Source of the DNA: Dictyostelium discoideum
Lineage: Eukaryota
NCBI GenBank assembly: GCA_000004695.1
Contig: CM000152.2
Location: 5,600,001 to 5,664,000, forward strand
Reading direction: 5' to 3'
DNA: 64,000 bases
In this document: positions 28,480 to 41,698 of the stretch, in pieces
Layout of the letters: every line of letters begins with the position of its first letter
Numbering within the stretch: the stretch's first letter is position 1
Program-made: the position numbers and the translations under genes
The notes under the pieces: generated by a model
The model's database searches: none
The model's input: only the letters and a program-made list of their open reading frames with translations
Told to the model about the DNA's origin: nothing

Positions 28480-28840
28480 ATGACAATTTTATGTAAGTTC
28501 AATAAAAAATTAAAATAAAAAAAAAAAACTAATTATTTATTTTCCTAAAATTTTTTTTTTTTTAATTTTTAAACATTTTTTTAATATAGCTGCAATTACT
28601 TCAATTTCAAGACCAAATAAAAGTAGTAAATCAGTTGTTTCATCAAATGGAGGTTCTTCATTATCAATGGGTTCTAATTCAGTATCATGTTTTAATGCTT
28701 GTGGAGGTGGCTCAAGTTATTCATATAGCTCAAGTTACTCAGGTTCAGGTTTAGATTATTCATATAAGGCAAACTACTCAAGTTCAAATGGTTATAATTC
28801 CTCTGTTGTAATTGCAAGTTCAACATGCCATTGCAGTTAA
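28480..28840 (+). CDS. hssA/2C/7E-like small protein, copy 2
   Basis: Same structure as copy 1: MTIL + GTAAGT intron, exon 2 from about 28600. Protein differs at a few positions (...[12 protein letters not shown]...CFNACGGG...SSNGYNSS...). Coordinates +/-2. Confidence 0.55.
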
Positions 28841-29261
28841 TTAGTTTAATTAACTATAATTAATTAATTTATTAATTGTTTCAACCTTGGAAATTATATC
28901 TTTGGTCATTAAAAAAATGTATATATGTAAAAAAAAAAATTATAATAAAAATTATCAATTTGAAATCGTTTAAAAAAACAATATAATTTACTTAATAATA
29001 TTAAACAAATTAAATTTATAATTTGATTACCATCTTCTAATGGCATGGTAAGATTGGAAAAGATATATTTTTTTTTTCTTTTTTTTTTCTGTTTGTGTTT
29101 TAAAATTTTTTTTTGAATTTGATTTGATATTAATATTGATGTTTAGACAGTTATTTTTTATATTTGGAACCTACTATTATAGGATTCTTAATAAGGAAAT
29201 TACTATTAATAGCTTTTGTGGGGAAGTGCTTCTGTTTTTTTATGTCACAGTTAAAATTATA

Positions 29262-29327
<66 letters not shown>

Positions 29328-29614
29328 TTGGTGTGAGCGATTATTGCTTGTGTTGAAAATATTGTATTCTTAAATTTAATTTTTCCCACACTTATTGGTA
29401 AATTAAAATATTATTAATACCGTTAACCATTTATATTTAATAAGCATATAAATAATATTATTTAAATAATATTATTTAAATAATATTATTTGTTATTTAT
29501 TTATTTTTTTTTTTTGTTAAAAAAAAAAAGTATAAATTGAAATTGAAAAAATATTATTAATTATTAGAAAATAAATATTTTGTTTATTATAAAAAAATAT
29601 TTTAAATTAAAAAA

Positions 29615-29961
29615 TGACAATTTTATGTAAGTTCAATAAAATATTTAAAAAATAATAAACAAAAAACTAATTTTTTTTTTTGTCTAAACTTTTTTTAATT
29701 TCCAATCTAGCTGCAATTACTTCAATTTCAAGACCAAATAAAATTAGTAAATCAGTTATTTCATCAAATGGAGGTGCATCATTATCAATGGGTTCTAATT
29801 CAGTATCATGTTTTAATGCTTGTGGAGGTGGCTCAAGTTATTCATATAGCTCAAGTTACTCAGGTTCAGGTTTAGATTATTCATATAAGGCAAACTACTC
29901 AAGTTCAACTGGCTATAATTCCTCTGTTGTAATTGCAAGTTCAACATGTCATTGCAGTTAA
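29615..29961 (+). CDS. hssA/2C/7E-like small protein, copy 3
   Basis: ATG at 29615, GTAAGT intron. Exon 2 corresponds to the [41 protein letters not shown]...TCHCS part of track ORF 29680..29961. Confidence 0.6.
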
Positions 29962-30696
29962 TTAATTTAATTAACTCTAATTAATTAATTTATTAATTAA
30001 TTCAACCTTGGAAATTATTTCTTTGGTCATTAAAAAATGTATATATGTAAAAAAATAAATAAATAAAAATTACAAAATAAATCATTGTGTGTTGGTTTTT
30101 TTTTAAGTGTTAATCTTTTCTCTATCTCTCAACAATTGGATTACCATATTCGAATGGCTTTGTAGGATCAGAAAGTATATTTATATATTTTTATTTTGAA
30201 TTTCATTTTATTTTAATTTATATTTCTAACTTTTTTTTTTGAATTTGAAATTATGTAATTAATAGTTTTTTTTTTTATTTTATTTTTTTATTTTAAACCT
30301 ACTATAAATGCATTTTATATATGGAAATTACTATAAATAGCTTTTGTGGTGAAGTGATACTGTTTTTTATTATGTCACAGTTAAAATTATATTGTTGGAA
30401 AAAAAAAAAACAAAAAAAAAAAAAAGCAAAAAATTGGTGGGAGCGATTATTGCTTGTGTTGAAAATATTGTATTCTTAAATTTAATTTTTCCCACGTATT
30501 GGTAAATTAAAATATTATTAAAACAGTTAATCATTTTTATTTATTATATCAATATCAATTAATTTAATTTTATTTAATTATATAATTTTTTTTTTTTGGT
30601 GAAAAAAAAAAGTATAAATTGAAATTAAAAATAAATTATTCATCATTGAAAAAATATATTATTTGTTAAATAAAAAATTAAATTTTAAATAAAAAA

Positions 30697-31035
30697 ATGA
30701 CAATTTTATGTAAGTTAAATAAAATAATTAAAAAAATAAAAAAAAAACTAATTATTTATTTTTTTAAACATTTTTTTAAAATAGCTACAATCACTTCAAT
30801 TTCAAGACCAAATAAAATTAGTAAATCATTTGTTTCATCAAATGGAGGCTCTTCAATATCAATGGGTTCTAATTCAGTAGCATGTTATAATGCTTGTGGA
30901 GGTGGCTCAAGTTATTCATATAGCTCAAGTTACTCAGGTTCAGGTTTAGATTATTCATATAAGGCAAACTACTCAAGTTCAACTGGTAATAATTCCTATG
31001 TTGTAATTGCAAGTTCAACATGCAATTGTAATTAA
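30697..31035 (+). CDS. hssA/2C/7E-like small protein, copy 4 (most divergent: [19 protein letters not shown]...GNNSYVV...TCNCN)
   Basis: The track ORF starts at the same ATG (MTIL). The GTAAGT donor sits directly after ATGACAATTTTAT as in the other copies. The long ORF in the track is intron read-through. Confidence 0.6.
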   Translation: MTILCKLNKIIKKIKKKLIIYFFKHFFKIATITSISRPNKISKSFVSSNGGSSISMGSNSVACYNACGGGSSYSYSSSYSGSGLDYSYKANYSSSTGNNSYVVIASSTCNCN

Positions 31036-31244
31036 TTAATTTAAAAATAATTAATTGATTCAACCTTGGAAATTATTTCTCTGGTCATTAAAAAAATGTA
31101 TATATGTAAAAAAATAAATAAAAATTTCAAAATTAAGTAATGATTGTAGGTTTTTATTTTAAGTGTTAATCTTTTCTATTTTTCTTGATTTTTTAATACT
31201 CCGATAACCATCTTCAAATGGCCTGAAAAGATCAGAAAGTATAT

Positions 31245-31283
<39 letters not shown>

Positions 31284-31689
31284 TATAAATAGCTTTTTTA
31301 ATTAGGAAATTACTATTAATAGCTTTTGGGGTCAACTGCCACTGTTTTTTTATTATATCTCAGTTAAAATTAAAATGTTGAAAAAAAAAAAAAAAAAAAT
31401 TGGTGGGAGCGATTATTGCTTGTGTTGAAAATATTGTATTCTTAAATTTATATTTTCCCACACTTATTGGTATATTAAAATATAATTAAAACAGTTGATC
31501 ATTTGTATTTAATAATTAATAAACATAATATTAACATCACCATCAATTTATTTAATTTTATTTTATTTAATTATTTAAATTTTTTTTTTGGTAAAAAAAA
31601 AAAGTATAAATTGAAATTAAAAATATATTATTCATCATTAAAAAAATATATTATTTGTTAATTAAAAAAAAAAATTTTAAAATAAAAAA

Positions 31690-32034
31690 ATGACAATTTT
31701 ATGTAAGTCCAATAAAATAATAAAAAAAAAAAAAACTAATTATTTATTTTTCTTAACATTTTTTTTTTTAATATCTAATATAGCTGCAATTACTTCAATT
31801 TCAAGACCAAATAAAAGTAGTAAATCAGTTATTTCATCAAATGGAGGTTCTTCATTATCAATGGGTTCTAATTCAGTATCATGTTTTAATGCTTGTGGAG
31901 GTGGCTCAAGTTATTCATATAGCTCAAGTTACTCAGGTTCAGGTTTAGATTATTCATATAAGGCAAACTACTCAAGTTCAACTGGTTATAATTCCTCTGT
32001 TATAATTGCAAGTTCAACATGCCATTGCAGTTAA
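31690..32034 (+). CDS. hssA/2C/7E-like small protein, copy 5
   Basis: The track ORF starts at the MTIL ATG. Intron donor GTAAGT is at about 31703. Exon 2 gives [41 protein letters not shown]...[10 protein letters not shown]. Confidence 0.6.
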   Translation: MTILCKSNKIIKKKKTNYLFFLTFFFLISNIAAITSISRPNKSSKSVISSNGGSSLSMGSNSVSCFNACGGGSSYSYSSSYSGSGLDYSYKANYSSSTGYNSSVIIASSTCHCS

Positions 32035-32342
32035 TTAATTTAATTAACTCTAATTAATTAATTTATTAATTAATTCAACCTTGGAATTAATTTCCTTTGG
32101 TCATTAAAAAAATGTATATATGTAAAAATATAAATAAAAATTAACATTGTGAAATTTTTTAAAAAATAAATCTATTTTAATAATAAATTAATAAAATGAA
32201 TAATTATTGTGAGGAAAAAAAAAAAAAAAAAAGAATAATAATTAAATGATATTACATTTATAATTTATTTTATTGTTTTTATTAAATATTATTTATGGAT
32301 ATTATTAATTTTATTAATTTAAATCTATTTTAATACGATAAA

Positions 32343-32382
<40 letters not shown>

Positions 32383-32423
32383 CTTTAAAATTAAATTGCA
32401 CATGTGGAATTAAAATATATTTT

Positions 32424-32497
32424 TTATTGAGAGTTTGCTTTTTTACAAGGTCTTGAATCAGTGAGTAATAGACTGTCATCATCATTACCATTATTGA

Positions 32498-32555
<58 letters not shown>

Positions 32556-33719
32556 GTTGTTGTTCTGTTCTTGTTCCTTTATTAAATCAATATTAACAGT
32601 TGTATTATATTTTTCGATTAAAGTTAAAATTGAATTTGAAAGTTCTAAAAAGTTTACAGGTTTTGAACAATGTAAATCGAAACCACTTTTTAAAACCTTT
32701 TCTTTATCAGATGAGGAAACGGAAGCAGTTAAAGCAATGATTGGAGTTTTTTTATTTTGAGTGTTAATCTTTTCTCTATCTCTTAATTTTCTAACCATTG
32801 AATAACCATCTTCAAATGGCATGGTAAGATCGGAAAGGATAATATCTGGTTGAGGTTTACTTGAATCACAGAGAAAAGCATAAGCATCAGAGACGCGTTG
32901 AAAAGTATCAATTCTTTTTGCACCCAATTTATAAAGCATCGACGAGAATAGATGTGTTGTCTCCTCTAAATCATCTACTAGCATTATTTGAATTCCACCT
33001 AATAAATTCTTATTACTATTTGCTTTTGGTGATCTCAAATTAGGACTCATACTATTATTATTATTATTATTACTATTATTATTATTATTATTATTGTTGT
33101 TTGACGATGATTTTAATTCAGATAAAGGAGATGAGAATGGTGATAAAGTTGGTAAAATAAATGATGGTGATGGCGATGGTAATGGTAATGAATTAATCAT
33201 GTTAATTGCTGAACTTGGAGGTGTTGGTATTGTAGTATTATTACTGTTATCATCGTTGTTACTATTATTAATGTTATTATTTATTGCATTTGTAATAATA
33301 GTTTTTAAAAGAGAGTTATTATTATTATTGTTGTTATTATTATTATTTATAACCAAAGATAATTTTGGATTTAAATTTGTTGATGGGATTTGTGATATTT
33401 CTAAATTAATTTTTTTGATATCACCAATGTTATTATTGTTATTATTACTATTATTATTATTATTGATTGGATTCAATGCTGGTGAAGGTATCAAATTTGA
33501 AGAGTTCACTAAAAAGTTTTCAGAAATTGATGAGGTTGGAGGTGGTGGTGGTGTTCTTAATCTTAAATCTACATTATTATTCTCATTATTGTTTATTTCT
33601 TCTCTTTGTCTTTTACCTAATTTTTCATTATTATTTGAATTATTATTATTATTATTATTATGATGATAATTATTATTATTATTATTATGATTATTATTAA
33701 TTAAATTATTAATATTTAA

Positions 33720-33805
<86 letters not shown>

Positions 33806-33845
33806 TATTATTATTATTACTATTATTATTATTATAATTATTATA

Positions 33846-33935
<90 letters not shown>

Positions 33936-36900
33936 ATAATTTGTTGGTTGACTAAAGAAAGGTTTTTTAATTAAAGGTGGTGAAGATGAACAAGATAATT
34001 GATTTGAAGGAGAAGAATTTGAAGAGGAAGAACCTTTAATGATAGGTAATACGACAGTGAATTGTGAACCTTTATTTTCACCTTCACTATTTGCATAGAC
34101 GGCACCTTTATGAAGGTGAATAATATTTTGAGTGATTGAAAGACCAATACCCAAACCACCATAGGATCTAGTTGAACTACAATCAGCTTGTTTAAAACGA
34201 TCGAAAACACTTGGAAGGAACTGTTTTGGTATGCCTTTACCATTGTCAGTGATAGTGAAAAGGATCCAACGATCACCATGACGATTGATTGTGTTAAACA
34301 TTGGATTGGAACAAAAACCCAATACTTCACGTGAAGGTATTTGATTTACAACCTTTAGATTTAAATGGATTCTACCTTTTTCTTTAGTGAATTTAATAGA
34401 GTTTGAAAGTAGATTCCAAATGACTTGTTGCAATCTTGCTTTATCACCAACGATGTTACGTAGAATTGAGGATTCTTCTTCACCTTCACCTTGAATATTG
34501 GAATGGACAGAGATCTTTTTAGATTGAGCTGTAACGAGTATTGAGGAGATTGCATTCTCAATTAAAATTGGTAAATCAACATCACCTAAAATTAAACTAA
34601 ACTTATCACCAATAATTAATGACATATCCAAAAGATCATTGATAAGTTGATTTTGAGAGCTTGCACAACGTTCAATAGTTTCTAAACCAGTTCTAACTGT
34701 TGAATCATCACCTGAAATTGAACCACTGCCACCACCACTACTACCACCACTATCAATATCATATAACAATAATTGACACCAACCTAAAATTCCATTTAAT
34801 GGAGTACGAAGTTCATGAGATAAATTCATAAAGAATTCATCTTTTGATTTATTTGTATTATTTAGTAGATTTCTTTCTTTTTCCAATTCACCAACCAAAG
34901 TTTGTAAATCTCTTTTCTTATTTGTTAATTGATTAATTAATTCTTGAAGATCTGTATTTGCAGAACTTAATTCTTCTTGTAGGAATTGTTTTGCTTTTTT
35001 CATAGTCATTAAATTAACTACACGTGCCACCAATTCTTCAGAGGAGAATGGTTTATTGACATAATCAGAGACACCATTTTGTAATAGTTTAATTCTTAAA
35101 TTTTCATCAGCTTTTGCAGTTAATAAAAGTATAGGAATATTATCAAATTGTTCATCGGATCTTAATTGTTCAACCATTTCATCACCACTCATACGTGGCA
35201 TCATACAATCGGTTACAATGAGATCGGGTGTTATTGCTCTTGTCTTTTCAATGCCCTCAACACCATCGAATGCTGTGACCACGAAATAATATTTACTTAA
35301 TAACTCTGCAATGAATCTATTCATCTCTGGATTATCTTCAACCACTAAAACTATTGGTTTATTATGTATATTTTCTTGTGATTGATAAAATTGTTTCTCT
35401 GTTAATTCCTCAACAGCTTGTTGAGCAATTGCATGAACTCCCATTATACTACCCATATTATCTTTTAATGCATTTGAAGCAATATCTGAAGATGTATTTG
35501 TTTTTTTTAAAATATTAAAATTTAAACCATCCTCATCATCGTCGTCGTCGTCGTCGTCATTATCGTCGTCGTTTATTTTATATTTATTATCGATATTATT
35601 TAAAATTAATTTTGGTTGTTGTAAATTTTGTTGTTGTTGTTGTTGTTGTTGTTGTTCTTGTTGTTGTTGTTGATATAATTGTTGTTGAATTTCAGAAATA
35701 TTTTGATCGGATATAGTTTTTTTATAAAGATGCTCATCCATATTTGGAGTGAGTGGTAGTCTGAGGGTGAATTGAGCACCACCAGTTGAAATGTTATGAA
35801 TGGTGACAGTGCCACCATGTAAAGTTACAAACTCCTTTACAATTGAAAGACCTAAACCAGTGCCACCATGCTTTCTAGTTGAAGAACCATCCACTTGTCT
35901 AAACCTTTCAAAGATGATCTCGTGTAAATTATCTGGTATACCAGGACCAGTATCAGACACCACGATTTGAAAGCCAGGTTTATTTGGTGACAAATCAAAT
36001 TTCTCTAAAATACACTTTACTGCACCACCTGATGGTGTGAATTTAAATGCATTGGAAATCAAATTTGTTATAACTCTTTGCATTTTATCTGCATCAATTG
36101 CTGCCATCATTGGTTCAGATGGTGTAATGATTGAGAAATCCAATGATTTCTCTCTTGCTAAAATCTCAAAACAACTTGCAATCAAATGAACGGTTTGACC
36201 TAAATTAACCATACTATAATTTAAATTCATTTTACCTGCTTCCAATCTACTTATATCTAATAAATTATTTACAATCTTTAATAATCCTCTTGCATTTCTT
36301 GCAACAATCTCTAAATCTTTTCTAACATTTATATCTACATTTTCATCTTTTAATAATTTATCTGTTGGTCCAACAATTAATGCTAATGGTGTTCTTAATT
36401 CATGTGAAACATTTGCACTAAAAAAAAAAAAAAAATTAGGTTATTATTATTTTTTTTTTTTTTTTTTTATTTTTTTATTTTTAAAAAATTACTTACAAAA
36501 ATTGAGTTTTTAATTCATCCAATTCTTTAATTTTTTCATATAAACTTCTTAATTCATTATTTTTTCTTTCGATTTCTAATTCACCTAATCTTTTTTCAGT
36601 GATATTTCTACCCTCGGGTAAGATGAGTGATACCTCACCTTTATCGTTAAATAATGGCATCAATGAGAAATCAATTGTAATCTTTTCGGTACCAGCTGAT
36701 TTACCAAAGATTTCAGTTTCATAACGTATAAATTCACCTTTTGATGCTTTATGAACTGCCTCTCTAACATTATCTATATTCTCTTGTGATGTTGCCCACC
36801 ATCTACAATCCCAAAATGGTATACCTTGAATACTTGAACGTATCATACCACCACCTTGTAATGCTGGTTCATTTACATCTAATAAATTACCATTAACATC

Positions 36901-37271
36901 TAATAATGCTACAAACTAAATAATTATTTAAAAAAAAATAATAAAAAAATAAAAATAAAAATAAAAAAATAAAAAATAAAAATAATTAATACAATATTAA
37001 AATTATTGATTAATTTATTAATTAAATAATATTTAAAACTTACTTGATACATTTCATCTAACATAATACGTGCATTTTTATTCGAATTTGAGACAGCTCT
37101 TAGATGATTAATTTCTTCAATAAGTTCTTCTCTAGTTTTTTCATGGTCAGGTTTTTGCTTTCTCATATAATGAATCTGTTGTTGTTGACTGGTTATACTA
37201 AATACTGCTCCTGTATCCCCATCAGCCTTTAAATAATTGGTTGAGGCCGTAGTTGTTGATATATCTTGCAT
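32424..37271 (-). CDS. Double hybrid histidine kinase: PAS - HisKA/HATPase - REC - HisKA/HATPase - REC (about 1547 aa), three exons
   Basis: Exon 1 is 37271..37044 (MQDISTTT...DEMYQ), donor GTAAGT. Exon 2 is 36915..36497, a PAS/PAC domain (IQGIPFWDCRWWATSQEN...), donor GTAAGT. Exon 3 is 36417..32424. It carries H-box 1 FSANVSHELRTPL, N/G1/F/G2 boxes (DTGPGIP, GGTGLGLSIV), REC1 (IVLVVEDNPEMN...VTDCMMPRMSGDEM...LLLTAKAD), a coiled coil, H-box 2 NLSHELRTPLNGILGW, HATPase 2 (TDNGKGIP, GGLGIGLSI), a roughly 300-aa Asn/Ser/Pro linker and REC2 (IMLVDDLEETT...ILSDLTMPFEDGYSM...IIALTAS). Phases match track ORFs 36924..37271, 36493..36846 and 32424..36245. The architecture resembles the Dictyostelium double kinase described as DhkD. 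That identification is from memory and is not verified. Confidence 0.85.
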
Positions 37272-38519
37272 TATTATTATTATTATACTTAATAATTATT
37301 ATTATTATAATAATTATAATTATTATTATTATTATTTATTATTTTTATTATTATTATTATTATTATTTATTATTGTTTTTTTTATATATATGTGAATTTA
37401 TGTGATAAAATAATGCAAATAAATAAATTTGTGGAGAGTGTGTTTGGTGTGTATTTATGCGTATGTGTGTTTTTGGTGTGTGTGTGAATGTGTTAGTGAG
37501 TGTGTATCAAATCATATATGTTTACATATAAAGTTTTTAATAAATAAATTAAAATAAAAATAAAAATAAAAAAAGAGAAAAGACACACTTATTTATGTTT
37601 CTAATATATTAATATGTAGTACATGTGTTATTTATTTATAATTATATTGTTTTGTTTTGTTTTTTTTTTTTTTTTTTTTTTGGTGTTTCGTTTATTTTTT
37701 TTTTTTTTTTTATTTTTTTTTTTTTTTTTTATTTTTTTATTTTCAAAATTTTTATTATTTTTAAATTTAGTTTAGTTTAGTTTATTATTAAATTATTTAA
37801 TTTGCTTATATATGTGTGCATTTTAACCAAAGGAAAAATAAAAAAAAATAGTTTTATTTTTTTATTTTTTTAATTAATTAATTCAAAAAAAAAGTTTTTT
37901 TAATTAAATTTTTTTTTTTTTTTTTTTTAAATTTTTTTTTTTAATTTTTTTTTTTTTTTTTTATTTTTTTATTTTTGTACCTCTTTTTTTATTATTGTTA
38001 TTATTATTTTTTTTTTTTTTCATAAAAAAATTAAAAATAATATTTAAACAGTTAGCAGTTAGAGTGAAAGACTTTTTTAGAAAAAATAAAAAATAAAAAA
38101 AAAATACCAAACTTATTATGAAATAAAATTTAAAATAAATAAATAAATTACATAAACCAAATTTAAAAAAAAAAATAAAAAATAAAAAAATTTAATTAAA
38201 AAAAGAGTTCATTGTTGGTGAGAGTGTATTTATTGGGCTACTTTGTTTCTTTTAAATCGAGATAAATCCCGAGATTCAATCTTTTTTATTTTTTTTTTGG
38301 AATTTTTTTTTTTTTTTGGAATTTTGTTTTGTTTAATTTTATTTTATTTTTATTTTTATTTTTTTTTTTGGGGGATTTAATTAATCTATAATCAAATTAC
38401 AAATGGTGTTATGTGAAAATGATTTGTTTTTTATTTTTTTTTTAATTAATTTATTATTATATTAATTAAAAAATTGACCAATGAAAAGTTGAATTAAATT
38501 TAGTTTAATCAAAAAAAAA

Positions 38520-38563
<44 letters not shown>

Positions 38564-39989
38564 ACTTTATATATAATGATAATTTTTTATTTTTATATAA
38601 ATATATATATATATTATTTTCCAAATTATTGAAAATTGAATTGATTGTTTAGTTTGGAGGCCACCTATTAAATTAACCCTATTAAAGGTATAAAAATAAA
38701 AAAACAATTGAAAATTAGTTTTCCACCATAATTGGTACATCTAATTAATAAATAATAAAATAAAAATTTCAGTATTTTAGAAACTTTTTTTTTTATTTAT
38801 TTATTTATTTATTTGTTTTAATAATATTCCTCAATTTTCAAAAGTATTAATTGGAATATTTTTTAATTCCAACATATCTAATATTTAAAATGAAAACCAA
38901 CAAAAATATTTTTTTTTTTAAATAACATCATAAAAAAACCTAATTCTATATAAGATATAATTCTATATATATATATAATTTATTTATAAATATTTAATAA
39001 ATAGATAATTTATTTCTTTTTTTTTTCATTTTTTTTTTTTTTTTTTTTCATTTTTTTTTTTTTTTTTTTTAAATAACACCATAATATTATTTTGATTAAA
39101 ATATATTTTTTTTTTTTTTTTTTGAAGTCTATTTTTATTTTTATATAAAATTATTTAATTATTCTATTTTTAAATACACACCACACATTCACACCACCAT
39201 AATTTTTTTTTATTTTTTTTTTTTCTATTTTTATTTTTTTTTTTTTTTTATTTTTTTTTTTTTCGAATGGAAAGTGTAAAAAAAAATTAATTTTAATAAA
39301 AATAATAATACAAAAAAGTGAAACTACCCCAATAATTCTTAAAATAATCTGTTGAAAAGGAAATTTTGTACACATAGAGACTAATTGTTTATTTATCCTT
39401 TCTAATCGATTGTTTTTTTTTTTTTTTTTTAAAATTTCACATTAAAAAAAAAATAAAAAATAAAAATTAAAAAAATTAAAAAAAGGAAAAGGGGTAGTCA
39501 CGCTGTTTCGTTTGATGTTAACTTAACTAACTTTTTTTTTTTTATTTTTTATTTTTTATTATTTTTTTTTTAATTAAAATTTTAATTTAATTTAATTTTT
39601 TTTTTTTTTTTTATAATTTTTTAATTTCTCTATAAAAAGATTTAAATTTTTTAATTTTTTATTTTTTCAAATTCATTTTTATTATACAAATATTAAATTG
39701 TATGTATTCAAATAAATTAACATATTTTTTAAAATCTATATTGAAATAAATTATTTGTTTTAATTACTATTTTTTTATAAAAAAAAATATTTAATTTTTT
39801 TTTTTTTTTTTTTAAAATTAATTACTAATATAAATATTTTTTTATTTTTTTTTATTCTTTTTTAATTTTTTATTCATTTTAATATTCTATAGCATATTTT
39901 ATTTTTTTATATATTGTAACATTTCATAAAAAAAAAAAAAAAAAAAAAAATTAAAAAATCAACTTATTTGAAAAAAAAAAAAATAATAA

Positions 39990-41144
<1,155 letters not shown>

Positions 41145-41698
41145 AATTACCCACACACAAAATTTATCTTATGTGACCTATTCCAAAAAAAAAAAAAAAA
41201 AAATATATTTTCAATAACAAAATAAAAATCTTTTTTTCAAATAGTTAAAAAAAAAAATCAATTTGTTTATTAATTTTAAATTTATTATTATTTTGTTTTT
41301 TTTTTTTTTTTCCCCAAGTTAATCCTTTAGTTAATTTATTTTTTATTTTGTTTTTTTTTTTTTTTTTTTTTTTCCTCAAGGTTTAATTATTTTCAAAAAC
41401 ATATGAATTTTCGGTTAATATCTGCAAATTTTCGAATCAGTTTATTTGAAAAAAAGTTAAAAAAAAAATTATTTTATTTTTTTTTTTTTTGAATTTAATA
41501 TTTTTTTTTTTTTTTTTTTTTTTATAAAAAAAAAACTCACAAACACCATCATTGTACCATAAAAAAAAAAAATAAAAAAAAAAAAAATAAAAAAAGAGAT
41601 AAAAATATCAATAGAATTCTAAAGAATTATTTAAATATTTATTTATACCTGTAATTTTAATTGTATTATAAAAACTTTTAAAAAAAAAAAAAAAAAAA

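Larger units (their letters stand above)
26880..32110 (+). repeat. Tandem array of five units of roughly 1.0-1.15 kb (promoter module + small gene + 3' flank)
   Basis: Unit starts are at about 26904, 28041, 29161, 30291 and 31270. Promoter blocks, coding exons and 3' flanks (TTCAACCTTGGAAATTATTTCTTTGGTCATTAAAAAATGTAT) are highly conserved. AT-rich spacers between them are divergent. Confidence 0.85.

Noticed and set aside
26880-32110. CRISPR-like regular repeat-spacer pattern
   Set aside because: Period is about 1.1 kb and the units contain spliced eukaryotic genes with TATA promoters. This is a eukaryotic tandem gene array, not a CRISPR locus. No cas genes are present and the genome is eukaryotic.
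33094-34561. Several 60-190-aa ORFs on + and - strands
   Set aside because: Alternative frames or antisense of the Asn/Ser-rich linker of the histidine kinase. Leu/Tyr homopolymer composition.
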